Below are positions 55,431 to 64,000 of a DNA stretch of 64,000 nt, piece after piece. This DNA comes from Trypanosoma brucei (taxonomy: Eukaryota): the NCBI GenBank assembly GCA_000002445.1, contig CP000066.1, forward strand, positions 1,088,001 through 1,152,000, read 5' to 3'. The notes below the pieces were generated by a model. That model saw nothing but the letters and a program-made list of their open reading frames with translations, ran no database searches and was not told the DNA's origin. A program made the position numbers and the translations under genes. Position 1 is the stretch's first letter, and each line of letters starts with the position of its first letter.

Positions 55431-58001
55431 TCAGGGAGAGCTGCAGCATTGCTTCGCAATGCGTGAGCCGAACTGTATCGCACGCTTTTGCAGCCGTACA
55501 ACGTCGCCAAGTCCCAATAGCGCGGCACAGCGCCGCAAAATTTTCTTGTCTCCTACACCGGGTGTGCCACCAGCCCCTGTAAAGCTACAGACCGACGACA
55601 CGGCCAGTTCCAGCACCGAATCATCCACCGCCCCTGCTGAAGTGACACCAGTTTCATCAGATGGCGTGTGGTGGTCGCTAGAGACAAGATGCTGGTGCGC
55701 CCCCGCCACCACTGCACCAAGCACGGCAAGTACTCCCTCATCCAGATAAGGATATCGACCCTCCCTACCACTGTCACTCACCACCCGGTCGTCCCTGCCG
55801 AGATTGCGTTCCCATAGCCGTGAAAAGTCGTGATCAAGTTCTCCAACAAGGCCGCGAATACCACGGCGCTCAAAAGCTCGACGGTGCCGCGTATAACCAC
55901 CGAGGGTTTCGTCAGCACCCATCCCGAGCAACAGGACACGAGCTTCACATTCGTATTCTTCGACGCAGTAACCGAGCGGTGAATCTTCCTCGGTGATTTG
56001 CAGCCATTTAGCAGGCCGCGTGCGCTGTACCCGCGCCACGTCCTCATCCCGAACAAGCCTTATAGCCTTCGACGGTGCTTCGTTTCCTTTCGCGAACGCA
56101 ACCAAACCAGCAAGTGATGCGTCATTCAAGTACTGTCCAAGTTTCTTGTAGCCGTACTGCGACAGCGTGGGGCGGAGCGCAGCGGCGTACTCTTTCCCTA
56201 GTGTCGACAAGAGAACGGGAGCAGTTGCGCATTCCCCACCAGACGCCTCCAACTCTTCTATCATGACATCGATTAAAGGGGAAAACTTCGCAAATTTGCC
56301 ACCGACTTCGTGACCAGACTCCATATCTGTGTTGGCGTCAGAGTTAGCCCCCCCTTCTGATAGTCGATATAGCTTGTGCCGCAATTGATACGCCTTTCTT
56401 GCGGCAAGTTGCTCCGCAACCTGGCTGTCTTGCGTGATGCGTTGCATGCGACCCCGACCCCGTGCAGCGTGCCATAGCGCGGTACCGATACTGATGTCAA
56501 TATCGGTGTCTTTGGGAAATATGAGTCGTCGTATATGCGCATCATCGCTACCAACAGGCACGTCAATCAGTACTAACCTCCACTCCCTCTGCGCCTGCGT
56601 TGCCGCCCCAACCGTTCCGTTAGCCTTATCGTTGGGTTCAACTGCCGGAAGCTGAAGAAGTTGCTCAACTGCGTTAAACGTTGCAAGCCTATCCGGTGTC
56701 AGTTCCGGGGCATCTCCGAAGGCCACGTTGATTAGTTCTATAGGCGTCGCTGTCGGCAAGACATAGTGGGCGATAGCGGCCAATATAGTGCTATCGATGC
56801 CCCCTGAGAACAAAACACCAATGGGCGTGGCCGTATCACCACCACAGTGATCGGCGCGTACACGCACTGAAACTGCCTCCCATAGGGCCGACAAATAGCT
56901 TGATGCAGCCCACATGCCGAACGCTGTCAATTCCTGCATCACGGCGTGGTGGGATATCCTGCCTTTGTTCAAAAGGTACCTCAGCGTGTGCGGGTATTCT
57001 TCCTCCCTTCTGTTCAGCAACTGCGCTTGTACACCGCATGGTGGACGCACCAAAGGGTGGGCACAGTGACTCAATTTCCATGGGTAATGCGCCAACGACG
57101 ATCCAACATTCGAGACCGCTGCCGCACTGAGAGTGAATAAGCCCGTGTTTGGGAGCTCCTTCCAACAGCCGAACCGCAAGGAAGAGCAACCGTCCGCTGT
57201 AGGTGTATTATCCCCGTCGGTTCCCAAAACACCGTTTTCATTGTGGGTATCATTGCATTCGTACTTGCACCGCTTCCTTAGCCCCGACAGTCCGCTTCCT
57301 GCCGCGCAGTGGCCATCGTGTTCCACAGCAACGGAAGATATAACAAATTCCACCACCGATCCGCATTCTGCCGACGCGGCCGTCGCTGCATGCGTCAGAA
57401 GTGATCGCCTCCCCAGTGGGTCTCGACCAAACATGAAAAGGTGCAGCAAATGAGCGTAGTAGACAAAGGCGAAGGGTCCTTTCACTTCCGTTTCCAGGAA
57501 ACTCACACACAATTCTGCGAATGCAGCCTGCGCTACACTTAAGTTGTCTGCACGTACATGGTTGTCACCGAATGTGCAGTCCTGGGAGATCGCGCTGCAT
57601 TCACGCTCAAGCTGAAACAAGCGGTTGCCAATGGCAGCGGTATCCGAACCACACGGTGCCAGCTGTATGCTGCCGCCGAACACCTCCCCGTTCCATTGAA
57701 GAAATGACGGGCAAGTTGACTGATCACCACCGTTGCATTCGGTTACGAGGGACTCACTTCCTAATAGTAAAGGCTGCACCACTGGCTCGCTACCACCACG
57801 CAGTCGAAGTACGCCACTGGCAGCCTCCACAAATACATGTGCATTAACATGTCTCTTCAGCACTGACCAGGCGTCGTGTCCACGTCGACGTACCGCCTCG
57901 AAGAGGGAAGTGCGTGACACATTGCCCTTTTTGCATAGTTTCACGTGGTAGTCATCATCTCTTACGTGCTGCGCATGAATTACGCAACCGATGCCACACA
58001 T
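55431..58001 (-). CDS. ASNSD1: asparagine synthetase domain-containing protein (ASNSD1-like; class-II glutamine amidotransferase N-terminus plus Asn-synthase PP-loop domain)
   Basis: The track ORF is 55431–58103, and the probable start is 'MCGIGCV' at 58001, with the Ntn catalytic Cys at position 2. 'FLQWNGEVFGG', 'GPFAFVYYAHLLHLFMFGRDPLGRRSLL' and the PP-loop 'VLFSGGIDSTILAAIA...LINVAFG' match human ASNSD1 blocks ('FLWNGEIFNG', '[28 protein letters not shown]', 'ILFSGGIDSMVIATLA..LLNVAF'). Confidence 0.85.
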   Translation of the reverse strand: MCGIGCVIHAQHVRDDDYHVKLCKKGNVSRTSLFEAVRRRGHDAWSVLKRHVNAHVFVEAASGVLRLRGGSEPVVQPLLLGSESLVTECNGGDQSTCPSFLQWNGEVFGGSIQLAPCGSDTAAIGNRLFQLERECSAISQDCTFGDNHVRADNLSVAQAAFAELCVSFLETEVKGPFAFVYYAHLLHLFMFGRDPLGRRSLLTHAATAASAECGSVVEFVISSVAVEHDGHCAAGSGLSGLRKRCKYECNDTHNENGVLGTDGDNTPTADGCSSLRFGCWKELPNTGLFTLSAAAVSNVGSSLAHYPWKLSHCAHPLVRPPCGVQAQLLNRREEEYPHTLRYLLNKGRISHHAVMQELTAFGMWAASSYLSALWEAVSVRVRADHCGGDTATPIGVLFSGGIDSTILAAIAHYVLPTATPIELINVAFGDAPELTPDRLATFNAVEQLLQLPAVEPNDKANGTVGAATQAQREWRLVLIDVPVGSDDAHIRRLIFPKDTDIDISIGTALWHAARGRGRMQRITQDSQVAEQLAARKAYQLRHKLYRLSEGGANSDANTDMESGHEVGGKFAKFSPLIDVMIEELEASGGECATAPVLLSTLGKEYAAALRPTLSQYGYKKLGQYLNDASLAGLVAFAKGNEAPSKAIRLVRDEDVARVQRTRPAKWLQITEEDSPLGYCVEEYECEARVLLLGMGADETLGGYTRHRRAFERRGIRGLVGELDHDFSRLWERNLGRDDRVVSDSGREGRYPYLDEGVLAVLGAVVAGAHQHLVSSDHHTPSDETGVTSAGAVDDSVLELAVSSVCSFTGAGGTPGVGDKKILRRCAALLGLGDVVRLQKRAIQFGSRIAKQCCSSP

Positions 58002-59608
58002 TCGCAGCCTTCTTTCTCCCATGTACGCACACGAATATGTAGACACAAAGAAAAAGAAAGGGGTGCAGACATTAAAGCAAAAGGAAGGAGAACTGGGATG
58101 CATTCACGCCAGTAACGGACAGTCCTGTGGTTACATGCAGCAATGCACAGGTAACAAGTGCATCAAGAGACGGCCCAGAGGCGAAATTAGATAGACAAAG
58201 TCAGAACATGGAACCAAAAAAAAAAAACAGTACCAAAACGACGATATACAAACATATGGTTATTTATGCATGTATTACATGTTAAACCAAATTAATTATA
58301 CAAGCCGTTTTTATATCCTTACCATTAGTAGCTCCAAAGGTGAACCCATTACCTTTCCATCAGAAACACAATGTCGTATCTAATTATAAGTTGCAAAAGC
58401 AACGTCACTGCGAGGTCCACCCCCACATCCGGGTTTAAGAACCATAACAGTGACAGCAAATCACGCGAATCACTAAATATTAGCACCGTGTAAGCAACAA
58501 ATAGCGCGGATATAAACGCATCCGGTAGGTGAAGTGCATCAGAAAAGTGGGCAGGCAGCCGATTCACGTCATTTTTCCACCAACTAAAACACACACGGCA
58601 AAACATAACATGAAAATAAAGAAGCAGCCTTGGCACCACCTTGTGGATAAAATGAGGGAGGAAACAGTTCGTGGATCCACAATACAATACTGAGGTAATG
58701 CATTTGGAACACGCCACTCATTAACGTTCACCGAAGAAGCAAGAGGCAGTAAAGCCGGCATGACTACGAAAAAAAAAAAGAAACGAAATAGCCGTTCCCA
58801 GCCAGAGTGGCACACTTCAAAACATGACACAATGCATCCTCCCTCACTTGCCAAAGTAAGAGCAGGAAGATCGAGAATTACAGAATGTACGATGCTCGAA
58901 TAAAATTGCCATTTACAAGTTTACGTACCCTTTTCTCTTTGTTATTTCCCTCTTTTTAATCACATATCAGCTGCTTACCATCATTTTATTCCTTAGACCT
59001 TCCAGAATCCTCACACCCCACGCCCCTTTAAGGTTAAGGGACATTAATAAACAATTTTTGAGCATAAGCAGTTCCAGCGGAGGACTCAAGAGCCTCAAAA
59101 GGCCATCCCACTAACCTATAAATTCCACACCTCAAGTGTCAACAGCAGCTTTTCCAAACACACACACAAACACAAAAAAAAAACGGAGCAGTGGGAACGC
59201 CAATGAGCAGGAAATACGAAAAATGGAATAAACAGCGAGAGACTGCAACCAGACAGCACACGACAACCATTCAAAACGTATTTAAAAAACATTATATATT
59301 CATTCCCACTACCTTTACACAACAACAATATCAGCAATATATCCACAACAAGATTTCGAAATTTATACAACAAAACACAGAATAAAAGGAAAAAAATATA
59401 TACATATGTATAAGCTACGCAAAGAAAAAAAAAGTACATGTAAAAAGGATTATAAACAGATCATTAATAAAAAAACTAAGGCCAAATAAACATACTACAC
59501 ACCAGCATAATTGATGAAAACGAGAACCGTAACACAGACTCAATTAACAAAACAGCAACTTACAATACAAGAGATCAACGACACAAAACATTTTGTTCAC
59601 CCGAAACG

Positions 59609-59731
59609 TTACGTCTCCCGCAGATGTGTCGCAAAAACGGAGAATCCGTAAGTCGATGATACAACAAGACCAGCATAAACTCCTGCCATCAGCATGCGTA
59701 CTCGCGCAAGGTCATCGACAAGGTAAACCAT
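59609..59731 (-). pseudogene. decayed 5' fragment (40 codons then stop) of an MFS transporter gene; terminal partial unit of the tandem array
   Basis: The reverse-complement translation 'MVYLVDDLARVRMLMAGVYAGLVVSSTYGFSVFATHLRET*' compares with the intact copy 'MVYLVDDLARMRMLMSGMYAELGVSKAYCFSIF...'. The upstream flank 59731–59980 is nearly identical to 62052–62290. Homology ends abruptly at about 59600. Confidence 0.6.
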
Positions 59732-60264
59732 AACTGCAGGGACTGCGGGTCGGTTTGTTCTGAGTGGAAGTGCGCAAGTAGTAGCTCTATTTTACTCTTT
59801 GTGTGGAAACATTTGTCAGGTAAAGAAGAAAAATGAGTAATAAGAGTGTTAGAAAAGGAATCCATAGAGAGGTAAAGGGAAGCACTGATATGTATCACTG
59901 CCGTGTTGCAACGGCTTCGTGACGGAAAAAACAAAGGTTTCGCAGAGACTGGGAAACTGACCACGTAAAATCATTCAAATAGCGTTTTATTTTTACCACA
60001 AGGTGGAAGAGCGAAACGTGGCTACCTGCTCACACGAACAAAACACTCTAAGGTAAAACAAAATCCGCCCATCAACCACTAAGAGTGATCAAATGGCACA
60101 CCCTCTTGCTTGCAAGAAGCAACACAATGTGGGAGTGAGGAGCAATTATTATATTGATTAGTAGTCACATCAAGGATAAATTCAACGTAACAAGATTTAT
60201 GAGATAGAGGCAAATGCATATTTTCAATTTAGAGTTCAGGTACGGCAACAGCTGTAAAACAACC

Positions 60265-62052
60265 CTACTGCTGCGCTGCTCCGCCACTGTGTGAGCCCCC
60301 TTCATTTGGCTGCCCCGCATCCTCTGTAACAGGAGCAGCGACACCACTCATCTCATCAGCTGGCTCATTACACCTGTTCTGCTCAGCATTAATGAAACGC
60401 GAAAATCTGAAGTGGACAATCGCTGCAGCGATTACTGCCACAATATTGACACCCATCAGTATGAGCATCTGGTTTTTGACACACGAAGGGTTTTTACACT
60501 CGGGTTTCGTACCAAGCTTCTCAGCCTCAGCATCGTACATACCACCGAACATGAAGAGGTTGAGCGCTATCGTTGACACAATTCCGGAGGAAAAGCCGAA
60601 GTTATAGTGCTTTCCCAAATCCTGTGAATACATTATACGAAACGCAAGCACAACACTTCCCCAACCTGCTCCGTTACCCAGCGACCCAAGGAAGAAAGGA
60701 AGGATCAGCGCGTTAGCGGGAAGCAACGCGAAGAGCAGGAAGGCGATGCACAACATCAGAGGGCAAAATGGGAGCGCAATTGTTGTGGGAAACGTTTTAA
60801 GCCCCTCTCGCTGCCGCCGTGTCAGCACCATATCCAGATATCCCATAGACATGCGACCAACAGCACTGCCAACAGATATCATGGTGATATACAGTGTTAG
60901 AGTGGAGCTTTTCTTCTCACCGTAACTTTTGCTCTCATAAATTTGTGCAGCGTTCATCTGCATGACGACCGCAGTACCCCACACGCCGAAGCATGTAAGC
61001 CACATGCACCAAAGATCCACGGTAAGCAAGTGCTGCCAGAAGGACCCGCTGTACTGCGGCAATGGCTTCACCTCGTTCTTCGTTGTAGCTACCGCTGATT
61101 CGGTCACAACATCCTCCAGTGCCTCTCCAATTGTGTCCATATCCGTAGGGCGCACTGGAGTATATCGTCCAAGCCATTGAAACGGCAACGCAACGACACA
61201 AAATGATGCCATCATGAGCACTGCAATAATCGAAAAGGCCAAATAGGCAGCCGGAGGAAGCTTTACATATCCACCAATGAGTGATTGTGTGGTGAGAAAC
61301 AACAGCAGGCTGAGGACGAGTCCCACAGCTGTCTTCATCCTTCTGGGAGGCGCAGGCTGGTTCATGTATAACTGAAGTGTCTGCTGTCGCTTCGTCCACT
61401 CCTCTTCACTTAGCCGTTGCTTCCGCCACGCACAAGGAAAGTACATGGGAAGCCGAATGAGAACGAAGGCAATGAGTGACACGACCACCAACTGTATGGC
61501 AACAAAGTACGCGAAACCCGAGTAGTTGTTTTTTTCCACATCATCGGATGTGGTATCCTTAAACCACCCGTTGAAGTAAGCCATTAGCACTCCGGTACCG
61601 AGACCACCAATTGTCTTGGACACGAGCACAATGTAACCCCTGTCAAGTGGAAACTGCAGCATCAGTGGCATAACAGAACTTACATCCAAGATAGGAAATG
61701 CACAGTATACAAGGGCATTAAAAAAAGACAAAAGGCCAACGCCTGGACTCGCTATCTTTCTGTCGAAGGTGAGACCAAAAAGCAGGAAGCCCAAGAATCC
61801 AAGGAAACCAGCAATTGGCAGGACCACCATCGGACCAGCGTAATCGAACAGGGCGCCGCTGGGAAAACTGAAATACATAATGCAATTGCCAACGGTACTG
61901 ATAGTTGTAACTTCAGTTTGTGTTAAATTGAGTTTTTTCTTCAGGAATGGCGTGAAAATCGAAAAGCAGTATGCCTTTGAGACACCCAACTCCGCATACA
62001 TGCCTGACATCAGCATCCGCATACGGGCAAGGTCATCGACAAGGTAAACCAT
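60265..62052 (-). CDS. MFS-type (nodulin-like) membrane transporter, array copy A, 595 aa
   Basis: About 12 predicted hydrophobic helices. The central cytoplasmic loop is 'QRLSEEEWTKRQQTLQLYMNQPAPPRRMK'. The overall architecture is that of a major-facilitator superfamily transporter. A near-identical paralog lies immediately downstream. Confidence 0.8.
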   Translation of the reverse strand: MVYLVDDLARMRMLMSGMYAELGVSKAYCFSIFTPFLKKKLNLTQTEVTTISTVGNCIMYFSFPSGALFDYAGPMVVLPIAGFLGFLGFLLFGLTFDRKIASPGVGLLSFFNALVYCAFPILDVSSVMPLMLQFPLDRGYIVLVSKTIGGLGTGVLMAYFNGWFKDTTSDDVEKNNYSGFAYFVAIQLVVVSLIAFVLIRLPMYFPCAWRKQRLSEEEWTKRQQTLQLYMNQPAPPRRMKTAVGLVLSLLLFLTTQSLIGGYVKLPPAAYLAFSIIAVLMMASFCVVALPFQWLGRYTPVRPTDMDTIGEALEDVVTESAVATTKNEVKPLPQYSGSFWQHLLTVDLWCMWLTCFGVWGTAVVMQMNAAQIYESKSYGEKKSSTLTLYITMISVGSAVGRMSMGYLDMVLTRRQREGLKTFPTTIALPFCPLMLCIAFLLFALLPANALILPFFLGSLGNGAGWGSVVLAFRIMYSQDLGKHYNFGFSSGIVSTIALNLFMFGGMYDAEAEKLGTKPECKNPSCVKNQMLILMGVNIVAVIAAAIVHFRFSRFINAEQNRCNEPADEMSGVAAPVTEDAGQPNEGGSHSGGAAQQ

Positions 62053-62561
62053 AACTGCAGGGACTGCGGGTCGGTTTGTTCTGAGTGGAAGTGCGCAAGT
62101 AGTAGCTCTATTTTACTCTTTGTGTGGAAACATTTGTCAGGTAAAGAAGAAAAATGAGTAATAAGAGTGTTAGAAAAGGAATCCATAGAGAGGTAAAGGG
62201 AAGCACTGATATGTATCACTGCCGTGTTGCAACGGCTTCGTGACGGAAAAAACAAAGGTTTCGCAGAGACTGGGAAACTGACCACGGAAAACCATTCAAA
62301 TAGCGTTTCTAAACTGTCGTGCAGAAAAGAATGAAGTAAAGGTAGGACCGTTGTAGGAAATATATATTTCGTGAATTTGTTAAAAGAAAAAAAAACAACA
62401 TCATAAAAAACGACAGATGGCAACACTACTCATGATAATGAAGCCGCCATTAAAAAAATAATGAAAAAAAAATAACGGTACAACGAAGTTTTGATTATAA
62501 AAGAAACCAAGCATAAAATATAACCCTACTGCACTCCCGTAATGTCACCGTGGTCACCTCC

Positions 62562-64000
62562 TTAATTTTCTTTTTCTGAATCCTCTGTAACAGGAGCAGC
62601 GACACCACTCATCTCATCAGCTGGCTCATTACACCTGTTCTGCTCAGCATTAATGAAACGCGAAAATCTGAAGTGGACAATCGCTGCACCGACCGCTGCC
62701 ACAACATTGACACCCATCAGTATGAGCATCTGGTTTTTGACACACGAAGGTTGCTTACACTCGGGTTTCGTACCAAGCTTCTCAGCCTCAGCATCGTACA
62801 TACCACCGAACATGAAGAGGTTGAGCGCTATCGTTGACACAATTCCGGAGGAAAAGCCGAAGTTATAGTGCTTTCCCAAATCCTGTGAATACATTATACG
62901 AAACGCAAGCACACCACTTCCCCAACCTGCTCCGTTACCCAAAGCCCCAAGGAAGAAAGGAAGGATCAGCGCGTTAGCGGGAAGCAACGCGAAGAGCAGG
63001 AAGGCGATGCACAACATCAGAGGGCAAAATGGGAGCGCAATTGTTGTGGGAAACGTTTTAAGCCCCTCTCGCTGCCGCCGTGTCAGCACCATATCCAGAT
63101 ATCCCATAGACATGCGACCAACAGCACTGCCAACAGACATCATGGTGATATACAGTGTTAGAGTGGAGCTTTTCTTCTCACCGTAACTTTTGCTCTCATA
63201 AATTTGGGCAGCGTTCATCTGCATGACAGTTCCAGTACCCCACATACCAAAGCATGTAAGCCACATGCACCAAAGATCCACGGTAAGCAAGTGCTGCCAG
63301 AAGGACCCACTGTACTGCGGCAATGGCTTCACCTCGTTCTTCGTTGTAGCCACCGCTGATTCGGTCACAACATCCTCCAGTGCCTCTCCAATTGTGTCCA
63401 TATCCGTAGGGCGCACTGGAGTATATCGTCCAAGCCATTGAAACGGCAACGCAACGACACAAAATGATGCCATCATGAGCACTGCAATAATCGAAAAGGC
63501 CAAATAGGCAGCCGGAGGAAGCTTTACATATCCACCAATGAGTGATTGTGTGGTGAGAAACAACAGCAGGCTGAGGACGAGTCCCACAGCTATCTTCATC
63601 CTTCTGGGAGGCGCAGGCTGGTTCATGTATAACTGAAGTGTCTGCTGTCGCTTCGTCCACTCCTCTTCACTTAGCCGTTGCTTCCGCCACGCACAAGGAA
63701 AGTACATGGGCATGCGAGTTACGCTGAGAGCAATGAGTGACACGACCACCAACTGTATGGCAACAAAGTACGCGAAACCCGAGTAGTTGTTATTGCTCAA
63801 GTCATCGGATGTGGTATCCTTAAACCACCCGTTGAAGTAAGCCATTAGCACCCCGGTACCGAGACCACTGATTGTCTTGGACACGAGCACAACATAACCC
63901 CTGTCAAGTGGAAACTGCAGCATCAGTGGCATAATCGTCGAAACATCCAACCACGGCGTCCCCAGATAAAGAATAGCGTTAAAAGTGGAGAAGAGACCGA
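62562..64000 (-). CDS. MFS-type (nodulin-like) membrane transporter, array copy B (5' end beyond window)
   Basis: About 95% amino-acid identity to copy A over the shared region. The reading frame stays open upstream of the track start 63950 up to the window edge. The C-terminal tail differs ('...TEDSEKEN' versus '...TEDAGQPNEGGSHSGGAAQQ'), and the 5' region diverges at the nucleotide level after about 63920. Confidence 0.8.
   Translation of the reverse strand, partial: GLFSTFNAILYLGTPWLDVSTIMPLMLQFPLDRGYVVLVSKTISGLGTGVLMAYFNGWFKDTTSDDLSNNNYSGFAYFVAIQLVVVSLIALSVTRMPMYFPCAWRKQRLSEEEWTKRQQTLQLYMNQPAPPRRMKIAVGLVLSLLLFLTTQSLIGGYVKLPPAAYLAFSIIAVLMMASFCVVALPFQWLGRYTPVRPTDMDTIGEALEDVVTESAVATTKNEVKPLPQYSGSFWQHLLTVDLWCMWLTCFGMWGTGTVMQMNAAQIYESKSYGEKKSSTLTLYITMMSVGSAVGRMSMGYLDMVLTRRQREGLKTFPTTIALPFCPLMLCIAFLLFALLPANALILPFFLGALGNGAGWGSGVLAFRIMYSQDLGKHYNFGFSSGIVSTIALNLFMFGGMYDAEAEKLGTKPECKQPSCVKNQMLILMGVNVVAAVGAAIVHFRFSRFINAEQNRCNEPADEMSGVAAPVTEDSEKEN

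Noticed and set aside
59689-59964. The 91-aa ORF 'MVSFPVSAKPLFFPSRSRCNTAVIH...' that is conserved again at 62010–62426
   Set aside because: It is conserved only because it lies in the duplicated upstream flank of the transporter repeat unit. It is antisense-adjacent to the transporter start, has no protein-like features, and is in a different frame from the transporter remnant.

Overview
This window reads as a nuclear chromosome segment from a kinetoplastid, most likely a Trypanosoma species. Long intron-less ORFs sit between AT/pyrimidine-rich intergenic regions full of microsatellites, and every gene in a block lies on the same strand. Bases 1–33.6 kb carry a plus-strand gene block: RNA polymerase III subunit C34, an Aurora-like kinase, three paralogous two-RRM RNA-binding proteins, LTV1, a LYAR-type zinc-finger protein, two hypothetical proteins and an AP-complex sigma subunit. 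Bases 39.2–64 kb carry a minus-strand block: PI4-kinase III-alpha, a 1285-aa hypothetical protein, an ankyrin-repeat protein, an ASNSD1-like asparagine-synthetase-domain protein and a tandem array of MFS transporter genes. The two blocks converge on a 5.6-kb non-coding strand-switch region. That region contains a G-rich 70-bp tandem repeat of about 12.5 units and a GC-rich stretch with no coherent ORF. The other notable points are a mosaic gene-conversion tract shared among the three RRM paralogs, unusually long gaps of 8 kb and 4.3 kb downstream of two of the RRM genes that look like 3'UTRs, and a decayed third transporter copy marking the end of the array. I see no CRISPR array or prokaryotic defence or mobile system; the sequence is eukaryotic. 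I found no tRNA genes. Many ORFs in the supplied track carry spurious N-terminal extensions that run through polypyrimidine splice-acceptor tracts, so I give corrected probable starts where I could work them out.
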